A DNA stretch of 64,000 bases, from the IMG/VR virus record IMGVR_UViG_3300017963_000235, positions 1 to 64,000 of that record; one strand, 5' to 3'. The notes beneath the pieces are model-generated. The model searched no databases. It was not told the origin of the DNA and saw nothing but the letters and a program-made list of their open reading frames with translations. Of this stretch, positions 24,889 to 35,587 are shown piece by piece (position 1 is the stretch's first letter; every line of letters begins with the position of its first letter). The DNA comes from a virus. A program made the translations under genes and the position numbers.

Positions 24889-26034
24889 ATGGAAATTCCT
24901 AATATAAATAGAGCGGCTTTGCACGGTACAGGAGCTTCACAATCTCATGTGCCTGAGTTCCTAGATAAGATAGACCTAATCATAAATACCTTAAATCCAA
25001 TTGTGGGGGATCCCGGTGAGTTTAATAACTTCATAAATTTTAATGCTGGATTAGCGATACTGGGGGCTATTCTAGGAGATGCTCCGGGATCAATTGCCTG
25101 GGATCCTATAAAGGGTAACTTGTTAGTAAGAGGCAAATATCCGGGTAATATCTGGAATGCCGGTAAAGAGACCTTTGTGGATGTGTGTAATCAGACCGGA
25201 GACACATTAGAAGATGGAACAGTTGTTTATATCAATGGGTTTAACGAGGCTTCCGATTGCCACACAGTGGTTAAGGCTAAAGCGGATTCGCTTGATAACG
25301 CTAAATTACTGGGGGTTGTAACAACAACCATGACACATGGATCCATGGGATTGGTTACGAAATTTGGACGGGTCAATGAGATTGACACATCGGGAGAAGC
25401 CGCAGGAGCCCCCATCTATTTAAGCGATACCGAAGAAGGGGGGTGGACTACTACTAAGCCTCCTGTAGCGTTTAGGATAGGGTATATAGGTTGCGTAGGT
25501 CCCTCCGGATGTATTCTGGTGGACATACAAGAACAACAGCCCTCCATCTTTGGTAGCTTTTATTCTGCGGTAAACCAATTTTTTGCGGATGGAGTGACTT
25601 CCAAAGTAGTGCCTTTAGAGGAGGAGTATGAGGTTAAAGGATTAGGCCACTCCAAAACGGTTAACCCCGAGGAGATAACCTTTCTATCCTCGGGTGTATA
25701 CGTTATTACAGGAAACTTTCAATTGAATAGAACGGCTGGGGGTGCCTCCCCTGAGGATGTCAAAGCATGGCTACAAAAATCAATTGATGATGGGGTTACA
25801 TGGGTTAATGTGCCGTGGACTACTATTAGTCAGGCATCCACAGATCAGGGCGATCCCGCTCGCTTATCGGCTAATGTTGGAGCCCCTTTTGATAGAAATG
25901 ATAGAATACGGGTAAGAGCAAGAGCAACGTCTTCCGATATATTCCTGGAGGCGATTAATTCTGAAGGTGACGGCGAGCATGAGGCCCCTGGTCAGGCTAG
26001 CGTTATGTTTTCCGTTTATAGGTTAGGAGATTAA
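24889..26034 (+). CDS. putative head decoration/fibre protein (cement-like middle domain, C1q/BclA-like C-terminus)
   Basis: Shared N-terminal GTGxSxSHV..FLD.ID motif; GTVVYI...LLGVV...G.V..IDTS...GAPIYLS; SGVYVITGNFQ. Confidence 0.55.
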   Translation: MEIPNINRAALHGTGASQSHVPEFLDKIDLIINTLNPIVGDPGEFNNFINFNAGLAILGAILGDAPGSIAWDPIKGNLLVRGKYPGNIWNAGKETFVDVCNQTGDTLEDGTVVYINGFNEASDCHTVVKAKADSLDNAKLLGVVTTTMTHGSMGLVTKFGRVNEIDTSGEAAGAPIYLSDTEEGGWTTTKPPVAFRIGYIGCVGPSGCILVDIQEQQPSIFGSFYSAVNQFFADGVTSKVVPLEEEYEVKGLGHSKTVNPEEITFLSSGVYVITGNFQLNRTAGGASPEDVKAWLQKSIDDGVTWVNVPWTTISQASTDQGDPARLSANVGAPFDRNDRIRVRARATSSDIFLEAINSEGDGEHEAPGQASVMFSVYRLGD

Positions 26035-26037
26035 AGA

Positions 26038-27456
26038 ATGTCCGTGGATTTAGTTAATAGAGAAGAGCTTGCGGGTACCGGTGTTTCACCGTCTCATGTA
26101 TCTAGTTTTTTAGATAAAATTGATGAGCTCATTACACAGAGTAACACGACAAAAACAATTGCGGATTCCGCTGATGTAGTGGCAGAAGACGCCAAAGAAG
26201 CGGCAACTCATGGGTTAGCAGGATTTATCAGCGGTGCAAATAATCCGGATACAGACATGTCTTTTGATGAGGGGACTAGAACCCTCACCATAGCGCCTTC
26301 AGGAGATAGTTTTGCTTACTGGTGTGGGGGCATTGAGTACACGCAGGAGGAATCCAAAAGTGTGATTATAGATGACGAGGAAGGAGCCCACTTCGTCTAT
26401 TTTGATGACTTGGATTTGAAAAGTACTCAGACCTTTTTTCCAGGATTAATAACCGTCGAGTCAATTGTTAGTATCATTGTTTGGGATAAGGTTAATCAGG
26501 AAGCGGTGAAATTTACAGAGGAAAGACACGGGCGAGTGATGACAGGGGAGACTCATCTATCATTCCACCTCAATCCTGGTACCTTATTTGTTCATGGATG
26601 CGATCTATCGTTTAACACAGTAGATAGTGGAGCACCTAGTGACGATACTAGTTCTAAAGTTTACATTGCTGAAGGATCTATCCGAGATGAGGATATTAAT
26701 ATAACTAGTGTAAATTCTGCTACCCCAGCCAACAGATGGGAGCAGATCCTTGGATCTAATCTGACAGATGACGCTGCTAAATTACCCTTGTTTTACTTGG
26801 AGGGTGCTAGTGGGTATTGGCGTAGATGGCTTAATGACTCTGATAGATTCTCGTTTCTTCATAGGGGCGGTAATACCCCGCCTCAATTTAATGAGTTCAC
26901 TGGGGGTGTATGGACGCTAAGTGATTGTACTAATAGAGATTTTGTCGTATATTATGTCTGTATGGATAATGATTATAACTATCCTGTGTTTTTAATGGCT
27001 GGGCAACAACTGTATGAAACCCTATCAGAGGCAGAGGCAGCGACACCAACTGACCTTAATTGGGGTGTGTATGATCCTGCGGAGATTATCGTACTCCATA
27101 AATTGGTGTTTGAATATCGGATAATATACACCAATGCTACTCATAGATGCGTACTACGTCAGGTAGAATCTTTTAATATCCGTGGGGCTACTAAGGTGGG
27201 CTTGATTAACTCAAACCAAAACCATGCTGCATTACAGAATCTAGCATACGAGACATCGGGACATACTGGGTTTGCCTCATCGGCCTACTTTGCGACATCC
27301 GATCCTACTGCGGACAATGATGAAATAGACACCGCTGATGTAGGGCGGGTGTTTACATCAGGCGATTTTTGGTACAATAATTCATTAGATAAGTTCTTTT
27401 TCTGCAAAGATGCTTCGGCAGGTGCCGCAGTATGGAAAGAAATACAGTTAGTATAG
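26038..27456 (+). CDS. putative virion fibre/decoration protein
   Basis: Shared N-terminal motif; C-terminal DPT.DND...GDFWYN...FFCKDASAGAAVW structural-protein module. Confidence 0.55.
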   Translation: MSVDLVNREELAGTGVSPSHVSSFLDKIDELITQSNTTKTIADSADVVAEDAKEAATHGLAGFISGANNPDTDMSFDEGTRTLTIAPSGDSFAYWCGGIEYTQEESKSVIIDDEEGAHFVYFDDLDLKSTQTFFPGLITVESIVSIIVWDKVNQEAVKFTEERHGRVMTGETHLSFHLNPGTLFVHGCDLSFNTVDSGAPSDDTSSKVYIAEGSIRDEDINITSVNSATPANRWEQILGSNLTDDAAKLPLFYLEGASGYWRRWLNDSDRFSFLHRGGNTPPQFNEFTGGVWTLSDCTNRDFVVYYVCMDNDYNYPVFLMAGQQLYETLSEAEAATPTDLNWGVYDPAEIIVLHKLVFEYRIIYTNATHRCVLRQVESFNIRGATKVGLINSNQNHAALQNLAYETSGHTGFASSAYFATSDPTADNDEIDTADVGRVFTSGDFWYNNSLDKFFFCKDASAGAAVWKEIQLV

Positions 27457-27465
27457 GAGTTACAC

Positions 27466-28221
27466 ATGACTATTGCGAATTTGGTAAAAACGGATTATGA
27501 CGGAACCGGCATCTCTAGATCTCATGTACCCGAGTTTTTAGACTTAATCGATGAGATAATTACCCAAGTAAATACTAATGCCTCAGGCCTTGAACTGGCT
27601 GTGGCCGATATTGAGACAGCCGAAGCGGCTCTTGATCAGACAGACGACTATATTAGGGGTGATGTTGACTTTGCTTTAATGGGCACCACAAATTATACTG
27701 AGGTATTCGATGTTACTGATGTGACGGGCACTGGCACAAATGTTATTTCAGGTGGTGTTGCGGCACTGGCAACAAGCGGGGCTGCGAATGATCGTGAATC
27801 CTCACTTGGTGTTAAAGGTATTTTCTCCCGTGGGGATAGGTGTAGAAGTAATTGGAATTGTCTTGATGATTCTTCTGTCAAGGCTAGGTTCGGTATGTAC
27901 AATGCCTCTACGAGATACATGTTAGTCACCCTTGACACCAGTAGGGATGGAAATCTTTACTTTGAGATTAACGATGGTACTGGCGCAGAGACGGAAGATC
28001 TTGGAATCGCGGTTGTCGGGGGTGATGATAAAGATATTACAATTTGGTCTGATGCCGATGGCACACCTCATGTAGCCATTGACGGTACAGAAATTGTCTT
28101 AACAACTATTACAAACAAGATGCACACTAACGCCCATAAATATTTTTGGGATGTCGAAACCCTCACTACTGCGGCCCGCGAGCTTACGGTATCGTGGCTG
28201 AAATATAAGCGGGCAGTCTGA
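27466..28221 (+). CDS. putative virion fibre/decoration protein (coiled coil plus beta-sandwich)
   Basis: Shared N-terminal motif, short coiled coil, lectin-like beta-rich C-terminus. Confidence 0.55.
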   Translation: MTIANLVKTDYDGTGISRSHVPEFLDLIDEIITQVNTNASGLELAVADIETAEAALDQTDDYIRGDVDFALMGTTNYTEVFDVTDVTGTGTNVISGGVAALATSGAANDRESSLGVKGIFSRGDRCRSNWNCLDDSSVKARFGMYNASTRYMLVTLDTSRDGNLYFEINDGTGAETEDLGIAVVGGDDKDITIWSDADGTPHVAIDGTEIVLTTITNKMHTNAHKYFWDVETLTTAARELTVSWLKYKRAV

Positions 28222-28227
28222 TAGGGG

Positions 28228-29295
28228 GTGGGTATGTATACCGGGTACAGAACTGAGGCGATCTCCCTTTATTGGTATGTTGCGGATTTTCAAGGGAGGG
28301 CCGAGGATCTTGATCTAACCACAGACTCTCTTAACTATACCATTCACTATGCAGAAACGGGATGGACCGAGATAGTGGGATCTACTTCTGTGGATCTTAC
28401 TACAGGTAGGGATTCATTAGGCAGATACAAAATCACCTATACCGTTGCCGCAGATGCTGATGTAGGTCTCTATTACATCTCCTGGACCGAAATTAAAGGC
28501 GGAGTGACGAGAACGGGCAGAAAGCCCTTTGAGATTATAGAGACCTTCCTCCCGGAATTAGACGAATGGAATAGATATTCTCTGGCTATGGTAAGAGATG
28601 TTCGGGAGTTAGGTATACCCACGTCTGCGAAGACTGATAGACAAGTTGTGATAGAGCTAACTAGAGCCGCTCAGTACATAGAGAGAATGTGTAGGCGTAG
28701 ATTCGGATCACGATACACAACTATGAAACTGGATCCCAAAAAGCAGATGAGACGGGGCGGTTTCCGTCTACCGGAATACTGCGCCTGGTTACAGTCATTT
28801 GGTAGTCCAGAGGCAGTAGATACTGATTTGTCCTTGGTTAAGTTCTACTCTAGGGCTATTCGACCTGAGTTAGGTACACCGTCCTTCGGTAGGGATGATA
28901 GGACAGCCCCTAAAATTGAGGGGTATGATTACCTTAATCAGAGTATTGTGCTGTTTAACTCGGAAGATTTCATACGTACAACGGGTCTCTGGGGTTATGT
29001 GGATCCGGATGGGACAGACTCAGGTAAGGTCCCGGAGGAGATTAGAGCGGTTGTGATTAATGTAGCCCAGAAGTATCTGTACTCACATATGGGGAATGGA
29101 TCCACGGATTTAGACGGTACCCCCTCTGTGGGGGATCGTGTGATTAAAGAGAAAACCGCCACGCAATCTTATGAATTAAATCGTTTGGATGAAGGAGGTC
29201 TAGAGGCTTCTAAATATGTCATAGGCGGAGATACAGAAGTTACTAAGATAATCCTCCAATTCAAAAGGCCTATGCTAGGGGGTAGTACTCGATGA
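28228..29295 (+). CDS. head-tail connector/adaptor protein
   Basis: LTRAAQYIERMCRRRF, WGY...VPEEIR pattern of gp6/gp15-like adaptors; position. Confidence 0.65.
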   Translation: MGMYTGYRTEAISLYWYVADFQGRAEDLDLTTDSLNYTIHYAETGWTEIVGSTSVDLTTGRDSLGRYKITYTVAADADVGLYYISWTEIKGGVTRTGRKPFEIIETFLPELDEWNRYSLAMVRDVRELGIPTSAKTDRQVVIELTRAAQYIERMCRRRFGSRYTTMKLDPKKQMRRGGFRLPEYCAWLQSFGSPEAVDTDLSLVKFYSRAIRPELGTPSFGRDDRTAPKIEGYDYLNQSIVLFNSEDFIRTTGLWGYVDPDGTDSGKVPEEIRAVVINVAQKYLYSHMGNGSTDLDGTPSVGDRVIKEKTATQSYELNRLDEGGLEASKYVIGGDTEVTKIILQFKRPMLGGSTR

Positions 29296-29582
29296 CCAAG
29301 GGAATCATTAGTGAGACTCTATTTAACTTAGTCAAAGAAGCTTTATTAGGGGATAAACTGGATGACCCTTATTTAATGGCGATCGGTCCTGCCGTGTTAT
29401 CCTACTCCATCGTTGAGATCAGATGTGATCTTGGGATCGATGAGATTTATATTCAGGATTTTAATATCGTTGGGATTAACTACACCACTGAGGAGTACAA
29501 TAATCGAATGAAGATTATTCCTTGGAATCAGGTGCGGCATCTTGAGTTTAGGGATGTTCGGGAAGGTGATTTAGAGGACTAA
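29292..29582 (+). CDS. hypothetical protein
   Basis: Translationally coupled in the neck operon. Confidence 0.6.
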   Translation: MTKGIISETLFNLVKEALLGDKLDDPYLMAIGPAVLSYSIVEIRCDLGIDEIYIQDFNIVGINYTTEEYNNRMKIIPWNQVRHLEFRDVREGDLED

Positions 29583-30034
29583 TGAGAGGCCGGTTAATCA
29601 ACCCCTACCAAGCGGTATTTGCGATTTTAGATCCTGACAACACCACTTATGATCCGGATTACAGGGAACCTATAGGGGACAGGGCGGAAATAGATTACAC
29701 AATCCCGTGTCAAGTTGAGCCGGGTACGTGGTATCGCAAGCAGTTCGGGTATAGTGGTTTGGAGCAGGATGGAGAAACGGCTTTGATTCTTCACTTCAAA
29801 CATCTAGAGCAACTTGGTTTGGTGAATTCCAACGGATCCCCTATAATTACTATAGAGTCCAGACTGAAGACCATTAGTAGGCAGGATGGGACATTGGTCA
29901 GGGAGTATGTAAACCCCCCTGGAATGTATGTTGTAGATGTTAGAGATGAATCCTTTGGGTTACAGGTTAGGGGCAATTCCCATAGGAATTTGTACTTTCT
30001 CCTGTTATCCCCTAGGAAACGATCTAAGCGCTGA
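29582..30034 (+). CDS. putative head-closure protein
   Basis: Size and position; YDPDYREP...IPCQVE. Confidence 0.5.
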   Translation: MRGRLINPYQAVFAILDPDNTTYDPDYREPIGDRAEIDYTIPCQVEPGTWYRKQFGYSGLEQDGETALILHFKHLEQLGLVNSNGSPIITIESRLKTISRQDGTLVREYVNPPGMYVVDVRDESFGLQVRGNSHRNLYFLLLSPRKRSKR

Positions 30035-30636
30035 TGGCTGGTATAAAGCTATACGGTGATTGGGGTAAAGCGTCTAAAGTAATGCGCAATATGCAGATGA
30101 GCTTGGATAAGGTGGTGTCTCTATTTCTGCATAAAGAGACGAATAATCTTAGAGCCCATATTCTAGAGGTGTTTCGGAGTCAAGGCGGGCCTGCGGGGTG
30201 GAAGCCTCTATCGAAATGGACGTTAGCTATGCGGCGGTTTAGGGGGTTTGGTGGTACATCTATTTTACAGCAGTCGGGACAGTTGAGAAACAGTATCATA
30301 AATAAGGTGGATGCTCCTGCTTTGACTGGTTTTGTTGGGGTCCTGTATCAAACCAAACGAGGCAGGGAGAGAATGGTGAACATAGCTAAGGTCCATGAAT
30401 TTGGATCGAAGACTAGACGGTTTAAGCCCTCCCCAAAACAAAGACGATTTCTGATGATGGTCGGGACTAAAATGGGATTATTCTCTAAAGGGAGTGGCGG
30501 GTCTGGTAGAGGTCGTGGAGTATACATATTTAGAATCCCACCAAGACCATTTATGCAGCCGGGAGCTAAATCATGGAAAAAGGGATTCAAATCCCGTACT
30601 AATCAATTCTTTAAGAAGATGTTTTCTAGAGGTTAA
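30034..30636 (+). CDS. virion morphogenesis/neck protein (Mu gpG-like)
   Basis: WKPLS, ILQQSGQLRNSI, AKVHEFG, IPPRPFM. Confidence 0.85.
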   Translation: MAGIKLYGDWGKASKVMRNMQMSLDKVVSLFLHKETNNLRAHILEVFRSQGGPAGWKPLSKWTLAMRRFRGFGGTSILQQSGQLRNSIINKVDAPALTGFVGVLYQTKRGRERMVNIAKVHEFGSKTRRFKPSPKQRRFLMMVGTKMGLFSKGSGGSGRGRGVYIFRIPPRPFMQPGAKSWKKGFKSRTNQFFKKMFSRG

Positions 30637-30638
30637 TC

Positions 30639-31565
30639 ATGGCGGTTATAAATTCGGTAACACCCAATCAAGGTATTTCTACAGGACGATATATTGTCGT
30701 AATTGACGGTAGTGGGTTTAGGATTCCGGATCTCCTACCTGGATCTGATACATGGCAAGAATCCGTTAGGGTTTGGGTAGATGGAAATCAAGTGGATTCT
30801 TCAGATGTGTTTGTGAGATCCGAAACCAAAATAGAATTCAGAATGGCCACCTCCTTTAGGCCTATTAGTCCCGATGCCGGAAATGATCCTTATGCTGTAG
30901 ATGTCAAAGTTCAGAATGTGGATGCTAATGGCGATCTTATTTTGGGATCTGATGATACCCTAGCAGACGGGTTTTCATATGTGAAGATAAGCACATCCAC
31001 AGATAGCATTACGGATTTGGTCACCCGAGAACTGGTTAGGTATTTGAGACGGAATCTTCCATTGCCTGTGTACTTGTTATCGCATGTAGATTACTCGACG
31101 GGTAGCGCCTCCCCTGTAGTGGACGGACCCGAACAGGCGAAGGAACCTTGTGTCTACTTAGAGGGACCAAGACGGGTTACTACTGGCGAAGGAACGCAGA
31201 GAGTAAGGAATACGTGGCCCGTTACAGGGCCGGAAACAAGATGGCTTCCTGAAGCTACCGATCTTGTTTTCGATATTGTACTGGAGAGCTCTAGAGGTGT
31301 TATTCTTCGTAATTTAATGCCGCGAATAGATACCCTGATACAGCATATACCGTTCATCATCCTTACCGTAATGGGGTCTGAATATAAGATGGATACCTTT
31401 ATGACTGATCGTATGTCTAAGGATGCGGATATTCTATTTGGGTCAAGTTTACAACAGGCATCAGGAGCGTTAAAAATAGAGAGTGTTCCTTTGGAGACGG
31501 ATATTATCCGACTGAATAAGGACATAACCGATATTGTAATCACGATTGGAGAGTTAAATGTCTAA
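30639..31565 (+). CDS. IPT/TIG-domain protein, probable tail terminator
   Basis: INSVTPNQG.STG...VIDGSGF...GFSY; located just before the sheath. Confidence 0.6.
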   Translation: MAVINSVTPNQGISTGRYIVVIDGSGFRIPDLLPGSDTWQESVRVWVDGNQVDSSDVFVRSETKIEFRMATSFRPISPDAGNDPYAVDVKVQNVDANGDLILGSDDTLADGFSYVKISTSTDSITDLVTRELVRYLRRNLPLPVYLLSHVDYSTGSASPVVDGPEQAKEPCVYLEGPRRVTTGEGTQRVRNTWPVTGPETRWLPEATDLVFDIVLESSRGVILRNLMPRIDTLIQHIPFIILTVMGSEYKMDTFMTDRMSKDADILFGSSLQQASGALKIESVPLETDIIRLNKDITDIVITIGELNV

Positions 31566-32019
31566 AAAATCGGAAGAGAAAAAGACAGTTAAAAAGGCGG
31601 ATGCCCCTAAGATTAAGAAGGAAACTCCGAAAAAGAAATCTGAGGAAGTCAAGAAGGATCCGGAGAAAAAGCCGACACAAAAACAGGTGAAGACTTCTGT
31701 AAAGAAGGTAGAAAAACCGCAAAAGAAACATTTCCCTGTGGTGGTATTCACTCCGTATAGACCTATGCAGATACCTCTTTTGCATGAACACTATTGTGTC
31801 TTGAAGGGTAAATGTTCGTGTAAACAAGGTATGTCAGGTTTTACTCCAGACGATAAGGGGCGGGTTACCAAGCGTAGATTTGCTAGGCTTTCCGATACGT
31901 TACATTGTTTTCCCGGTATTAAATACACTATCCCAAAACAGCTCTATGAAGCGGTCCCCCAGTTAGAGGCTGCTAGAAGGCATGGGAAACTTGTGTGTCA
32001 TTCGGGCAAGTTGAGATAA
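31558..32019 (+). CDS. hypothetical protein with Lys-rich low-complexity N-terminus
   Basis: K/E-rich first 55 aa. Confidence 0.65.
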   Translation: MSKKSEEKKTVKKADAPKIKKETPKKKSEEVKKDPEKKPTQKQVKTSVKKVEKPQKKHFPVVVFTPYRPMQIPLLHEHYCVLKGKCSCKQGMSGFTPDDKGRVTKRRFARLSDTLHCFPGIKYTIPKQLYEAVPQLEAARRHGKLVCHSGKLR

Positions 32020-32057
32020 AAAATTTAGTATGATAGTTTAATTTCAGGAGGCTACAA

Positions 32058-34259
32058 ATGGCTAGCAAAGAATTATTGGCATCCAAAGTTGTATTTACAG
32101 AGGCGGGACAGGCGATCCCGGAGAATTTTGAGGCACCCACCGCTATCGCTAGTGGTGTTATGGTTACAGAGAGGGGACCTGTTGGAGAAGCTACACGCTC
32201 TCTTTCGTGGGGGGATTGGCAAAAGGTATTCGGTGGTTATATCGCTACTAGTCATGGCCCCGAATGTGTGGCTAATTTCTTTGGTATGGGCGGTCGTATC
32301 TTCTACACAGTAAGAACTGTGCATTATACAGATATCACTAACCCCGCCACAGCCACCTCAGCAACCGCTAGTAAAGCTGTAACAGCCACAACCGCAGTAG
32401 CACAGCCTGCTATTGTGGCTACTAATATTGCAGAGCCCTATAACCTGTCTCCTGGGGATACTCTTGATTTTTCTATCAACGGTGGTGGCACCTTAACGGC
32501 CACCTTCACCGCTACCTCCGGAATTTCTACCAGTGGTAATACAGAGGATTTCGTTCTTGTGGATGGGATGACTCTAACCCTGAAACTTGACGGAGGATCA
32601 GAGCAGACATTTACCTTCCTGAATGCTGATTTCAGTGCTATAGGTGCTGCTAAGGCGTGGGAAGTGGCCAATAAAATTAACCAAACTATCGTAGGTGGTA
32701 GAGCCTTTGCTCAAGCTGGGGCCGTGGTTATTGGTACTGACACATTAGGTAGTGGTGGTTCTGCTCAGATTACAGGCGGAACGTCTAACGCTATTCTCGC
32801 GTTCCCTACCACTGTGAACTCTGGTACGGGTAATGTAGCGGATATCACAGGCGTTACTGTTGCCGAGATTAAGACTATCGTAGAGGCTGCCGTAGCGGGA
32901 ACTTTGGTTTCCACTGTTACGGGGGGTAAATTCCAAGTCGCTACTGTGGCTACGGGATCTACAGAGACTATCCAGGTTCTCGGGTCCTCCACTGCTGATA
33001 CTAAACTTGGGCTGGATAATGTCCTTCATACGGGTTCTGATGCGGGGACGGCTACTACGTTTACTGCGTATGGGAAGACTCCTGGAGCGTATGCTAACTC
33101 TCTTTACATTGAGATTACGAATGCCTCTAGTGGAGATGCTACTGAGTTTAACTTAAATGTGAAAACTCTGGATGTCATTTTAGAATACCATCCTAACCTC
33201 TCTATGACGCCGACTGATGATAGATACGCTGTAACTATCATTTCTGAAGATTCCAACCTTATCTCGCTCGTGGATGCGGGTACCGGTAGCCGACCCACTA
33301 ACGCAACGTATGGTGCGCTTACAGGTGGTGATGATGGTCTTGCTGGTCTCGTTGATGCAGACTATGTAGGAGATTCTGGAGGGGGCACAGGGCTCCATGC
33401 CCTTACTGCTATCTCCATTCTTAACATGATTGCCGTGCCTGGTATTACCAGTTCAGTAGTGCAGAACGGTCTGGTTAACTACTGTCTCACTGATAGGGGT
33501 GGGATTCCTGTTGCGTTCATGGCTACTCCTGAGGGTAGTGATGCAGCGGCGGCTGTCACCCATGTAGAGACTGCGGGTATCCTAGAGTTGGCTGATTGTT
33601 CTGTTATCTTCTGGCCATGGGTCAAAGTGGCTAATCCCTCTAACACCATCTATGGTACTGATAGTTTAATCACCACATCCCCTGAGGGGATTATGATGGG
33701 TAGAGCGGCTATCACCGATGTAGCTAAGGCAGGGGGTGTCTATCAGTCTCCTGCGGGCCTTATTTACGGCGTGCTTAACATCGTTCTTGGGATCGATTCG
33801 GAAGAGGCTAATCAGGAAATCTATAGAGACCTTGTGTATCCCAAACGAATCAACCCAATCCATAAGGACGACAACACCCCATACTACAACGATGGTAGTA
33901 AGACTCTCAAAAATTCTACCTACCCCACCATTGGGGAGCGTAGAGGCCGCTCTAAAATTGAGCTGGACCTAGTTGCTAGGTTCAACTCTCTCAGACATCT
34001 CCCGGCCACTAAAGAAACTCGTAAGACTCTTGAAAGGGTCGCTACTACGTACCTCACGGATCAAATGAATGATGGTGCGTTTACTTCTAAAGTTCCTTCT
34101 GAGGCGTTCGCTATTGATGCTGGTGACGGTATTAACCCTCCCTCTGAAGAGGAGAAGGGCATTCTTAACGTAGATATTGATGTACGCATGGCGGGATCCT
34201 ACCAGTGGGTTAACGTGAGATTCTCTAATACATTTGGAACTACTAGCGTAGAGGCGTAA
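32058..34259 (+). CDS. contractile tail sheath protein with a large inserted domain
   Basis: TERGPVG..., FWPWVKV, SPAG, YPKRINPI, GSKTL and ERRG sheath motifs. Confidence 0.93.
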   Translation: MASKELLASKVVFTEAGQAIPENFEAPTAIASGVMVTERGPVGEATRSLSWGDWQKVFGGYIATSHGPECVANFFGMGGRIFYTVRTVHYTDITNPATATSATASKAVTATTAVAQPAIVATNIAEPYNLSPGDTLDFSINGGGTLTATFTATSGISTSGNTEDFVLVDGMTLTLKLDGGSEQTFTFLNADFSAIGAAKAWEVANKINQTIVGGRAFAQAGAVVIGTDTLGSGGSAQITGGTSNAILAFPTTVNSGTGNVADITGVTVAEIKTIVEAAVAGTLVSTVTGGKFQVATVATGSTETIQVLGSSTADTKLGLDNVLHTGSDAGTATTFTAYGKTPGAYANSLYIEITNASSGDATEFNLNVKTLDVILEYHPNLSMTPTDDRYAVTIISEDSNLISLVDAGTGSRPTNATYGALTGGDDGLAGLVDADYVGDSGGGTGLHALTAISILNMIAVPGITSSVVQNGLVNYCLTDRGGIPVAFMATPEGSDAAAAVTHVETAGILELADCSVIFWPWVKVANPSNTIYGTDSLITTSPEGIMMGRAAITDVAKAGGVYQSPAGLIYGVLNIVLGIDSEEANQEIYRDLVYPKRINPIHKDDNTPYYNDGSKTLKNSTYPTIGERRGRSKIELDLVARFNSLRHLPATKETRKTLERVATTYLTDQMNDGAFTSKVPSEAFAIDAGDGINPPSEEEKGILNVDIDVRMAGSYQWVNVRFSNTFGTTSVEA

Positions 34260-34293
34260 TCAAGCTCGGGTAAAACCAGATAAGAGGTAAAAG

Positions 34294-34734
34294 ATGACTA
34301 TTGATAAAGGAATGTTTTTTAGGATTGAGATTGACGGGTTTGCCTCCGCTGAGTTCATGACGTGCTCTGAGCTTACTGTAGAGTTAGGGGAGCTCTCCAT
34401 TAGACAGGGGGGCACTCTGGTTGCGGATAAGGATCCGGGTTTAGCGACATACCCTGATATCGTCATGACACGAGGTAAAACCCTAGATAGAGATTTCTAT
34501 AATTGGATGAAACTTCTTATAGATGGAGCCTCCGGACGGGGTACCGCGCCTTCTACAGAACTCAAAAAGGATTTCGATATTGTACAGCTTGATCGTAATG
34601 GAGACGAGGTTAAGCGTTACAGAGTCTTCAAGGCGTGGCCTAAGATTCGTACAATTGGTCCTTGGGATAATGATGCAGAAGAGTATGTGATCGAGTCTCT
34701 TACTCTTGCATGTAAATATTGGGACGAACTGTAA
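34294..34734 (+). CDS. tail tube protein (T4 gp19-like)
   Basis: FRIEIDG...F..CS.L, I.MTRG...DFYNW, KKDFDIVQLD, AWP, IESLTL. Confidence 0.92.
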   Translation: MTIDKGMFFRIEIDGFASAEFMTCSELTVELGELSIRQGGTLVADKDPGLATYPDIVMTRGKTLDRDFYNWMKLLIDGASGRGTAPSTELKKDFDIVQLDRNGDEVKRYRVFKAWPKIRTIGPWDNDAEEYVIESLTLACKYWDEL

Positions 34735-34768
34735 ACAACCACACAGAAGAGAAAGGAAATGATGTTCT

Positions 34769-35587
34769 ATGATTAACTCTATAACTCTACCTAGCGGGGC
34801 GCAGGTCCAGCTTAGAACTATGTCTATGGCAGAGCAGGACGCTCTGTTATCCAGTAAAACAAACACATGGTTGCAAACTCTTATTGCTACTTTGGGTAAA
34901 TGTACCGAGAGTGTGAATAGCTGGGGTATATATCCTGAAGGCGAATCATTTGATTGGAATGAAGTATATGAGGGTGATCTTCTTTATGGGCTGTATCAAC
35001 TCCGTAACACGACTCACCCTGATCCCTATGAGTTTGAAACGCGATGTAAGCGATGCGGCAATACATTCGATGTTGAGGTTGATGTTGATGAGTTGGAAAT
35101 CATCAAACCTTCACCGGATGTTTTGGAAGTTATCACCAAAGGAGAGACTTCTATCACTGTTCCTGTGACACATGGGGATGAGACGGTTAAGGCCACTATT
35201 CGTATTAGAACCGCTAGTCAGGTACTTAAAGCTCTGGTTAGTGAGCGTATGGATTCGGGCAGGAAAAAGGCTAAAGCCAGGTCCAAGAAAAAGGCCTTTG
35301 AAGTAGATCTCTCTGGGCATAAGCTCACCAGTAAAATAAAAGATTTCATTCGTACCGTGGATGATTTGAGTCCCAAGGCTTACAAAGAATGGTTGGCTTC
35401 TGTAGATGGTGGCTGGATGCCTAAGCTTTTCGATGCTATCGAGTCTGTATCCTTTGGGGTGGATAGTGATATTTTGTGTGACTGTATCCATTGCGATGCT
35501 GAGAATGAAGTTACAGCCCCTATGAGTTCTGATTTTTTTATGCCCTTACGGAGTCGGAAGAAGAGAAACCGGAAGATCTCCGAGTAG
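34769..35587 (+). CDS. tail assembly chaperone (T4 gp26-like, two CxxC)
   Basis: ITLPSG..V.LR.M...EQ, CKRC and CIHC; between tube and tape measure. Confidence 0.75.
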   Translation: MINSITLPSGAQVQLRTMSMAEQDALLSSKTNTWLQTLIATLGKCTESVNSWGIYPEGESFDWNEVYEGDLLYGLYQLRNTTHPDPYEFETRCKRCGNTFDVEVDVDELEIIKPSPDVLEVITKGETSITVPVTHGDETVKATIRIRTASQVLKALVSERMDSGRKKAKARSKKKAFEVDLSGHKLTSKIKDFIRTVDDLSPKAYKEWLASVDGGWMPKLFDAIESVSFGVDSDILCDCIHCDAENEVTAPMSSDFFMPLRSRKKRNRKISE

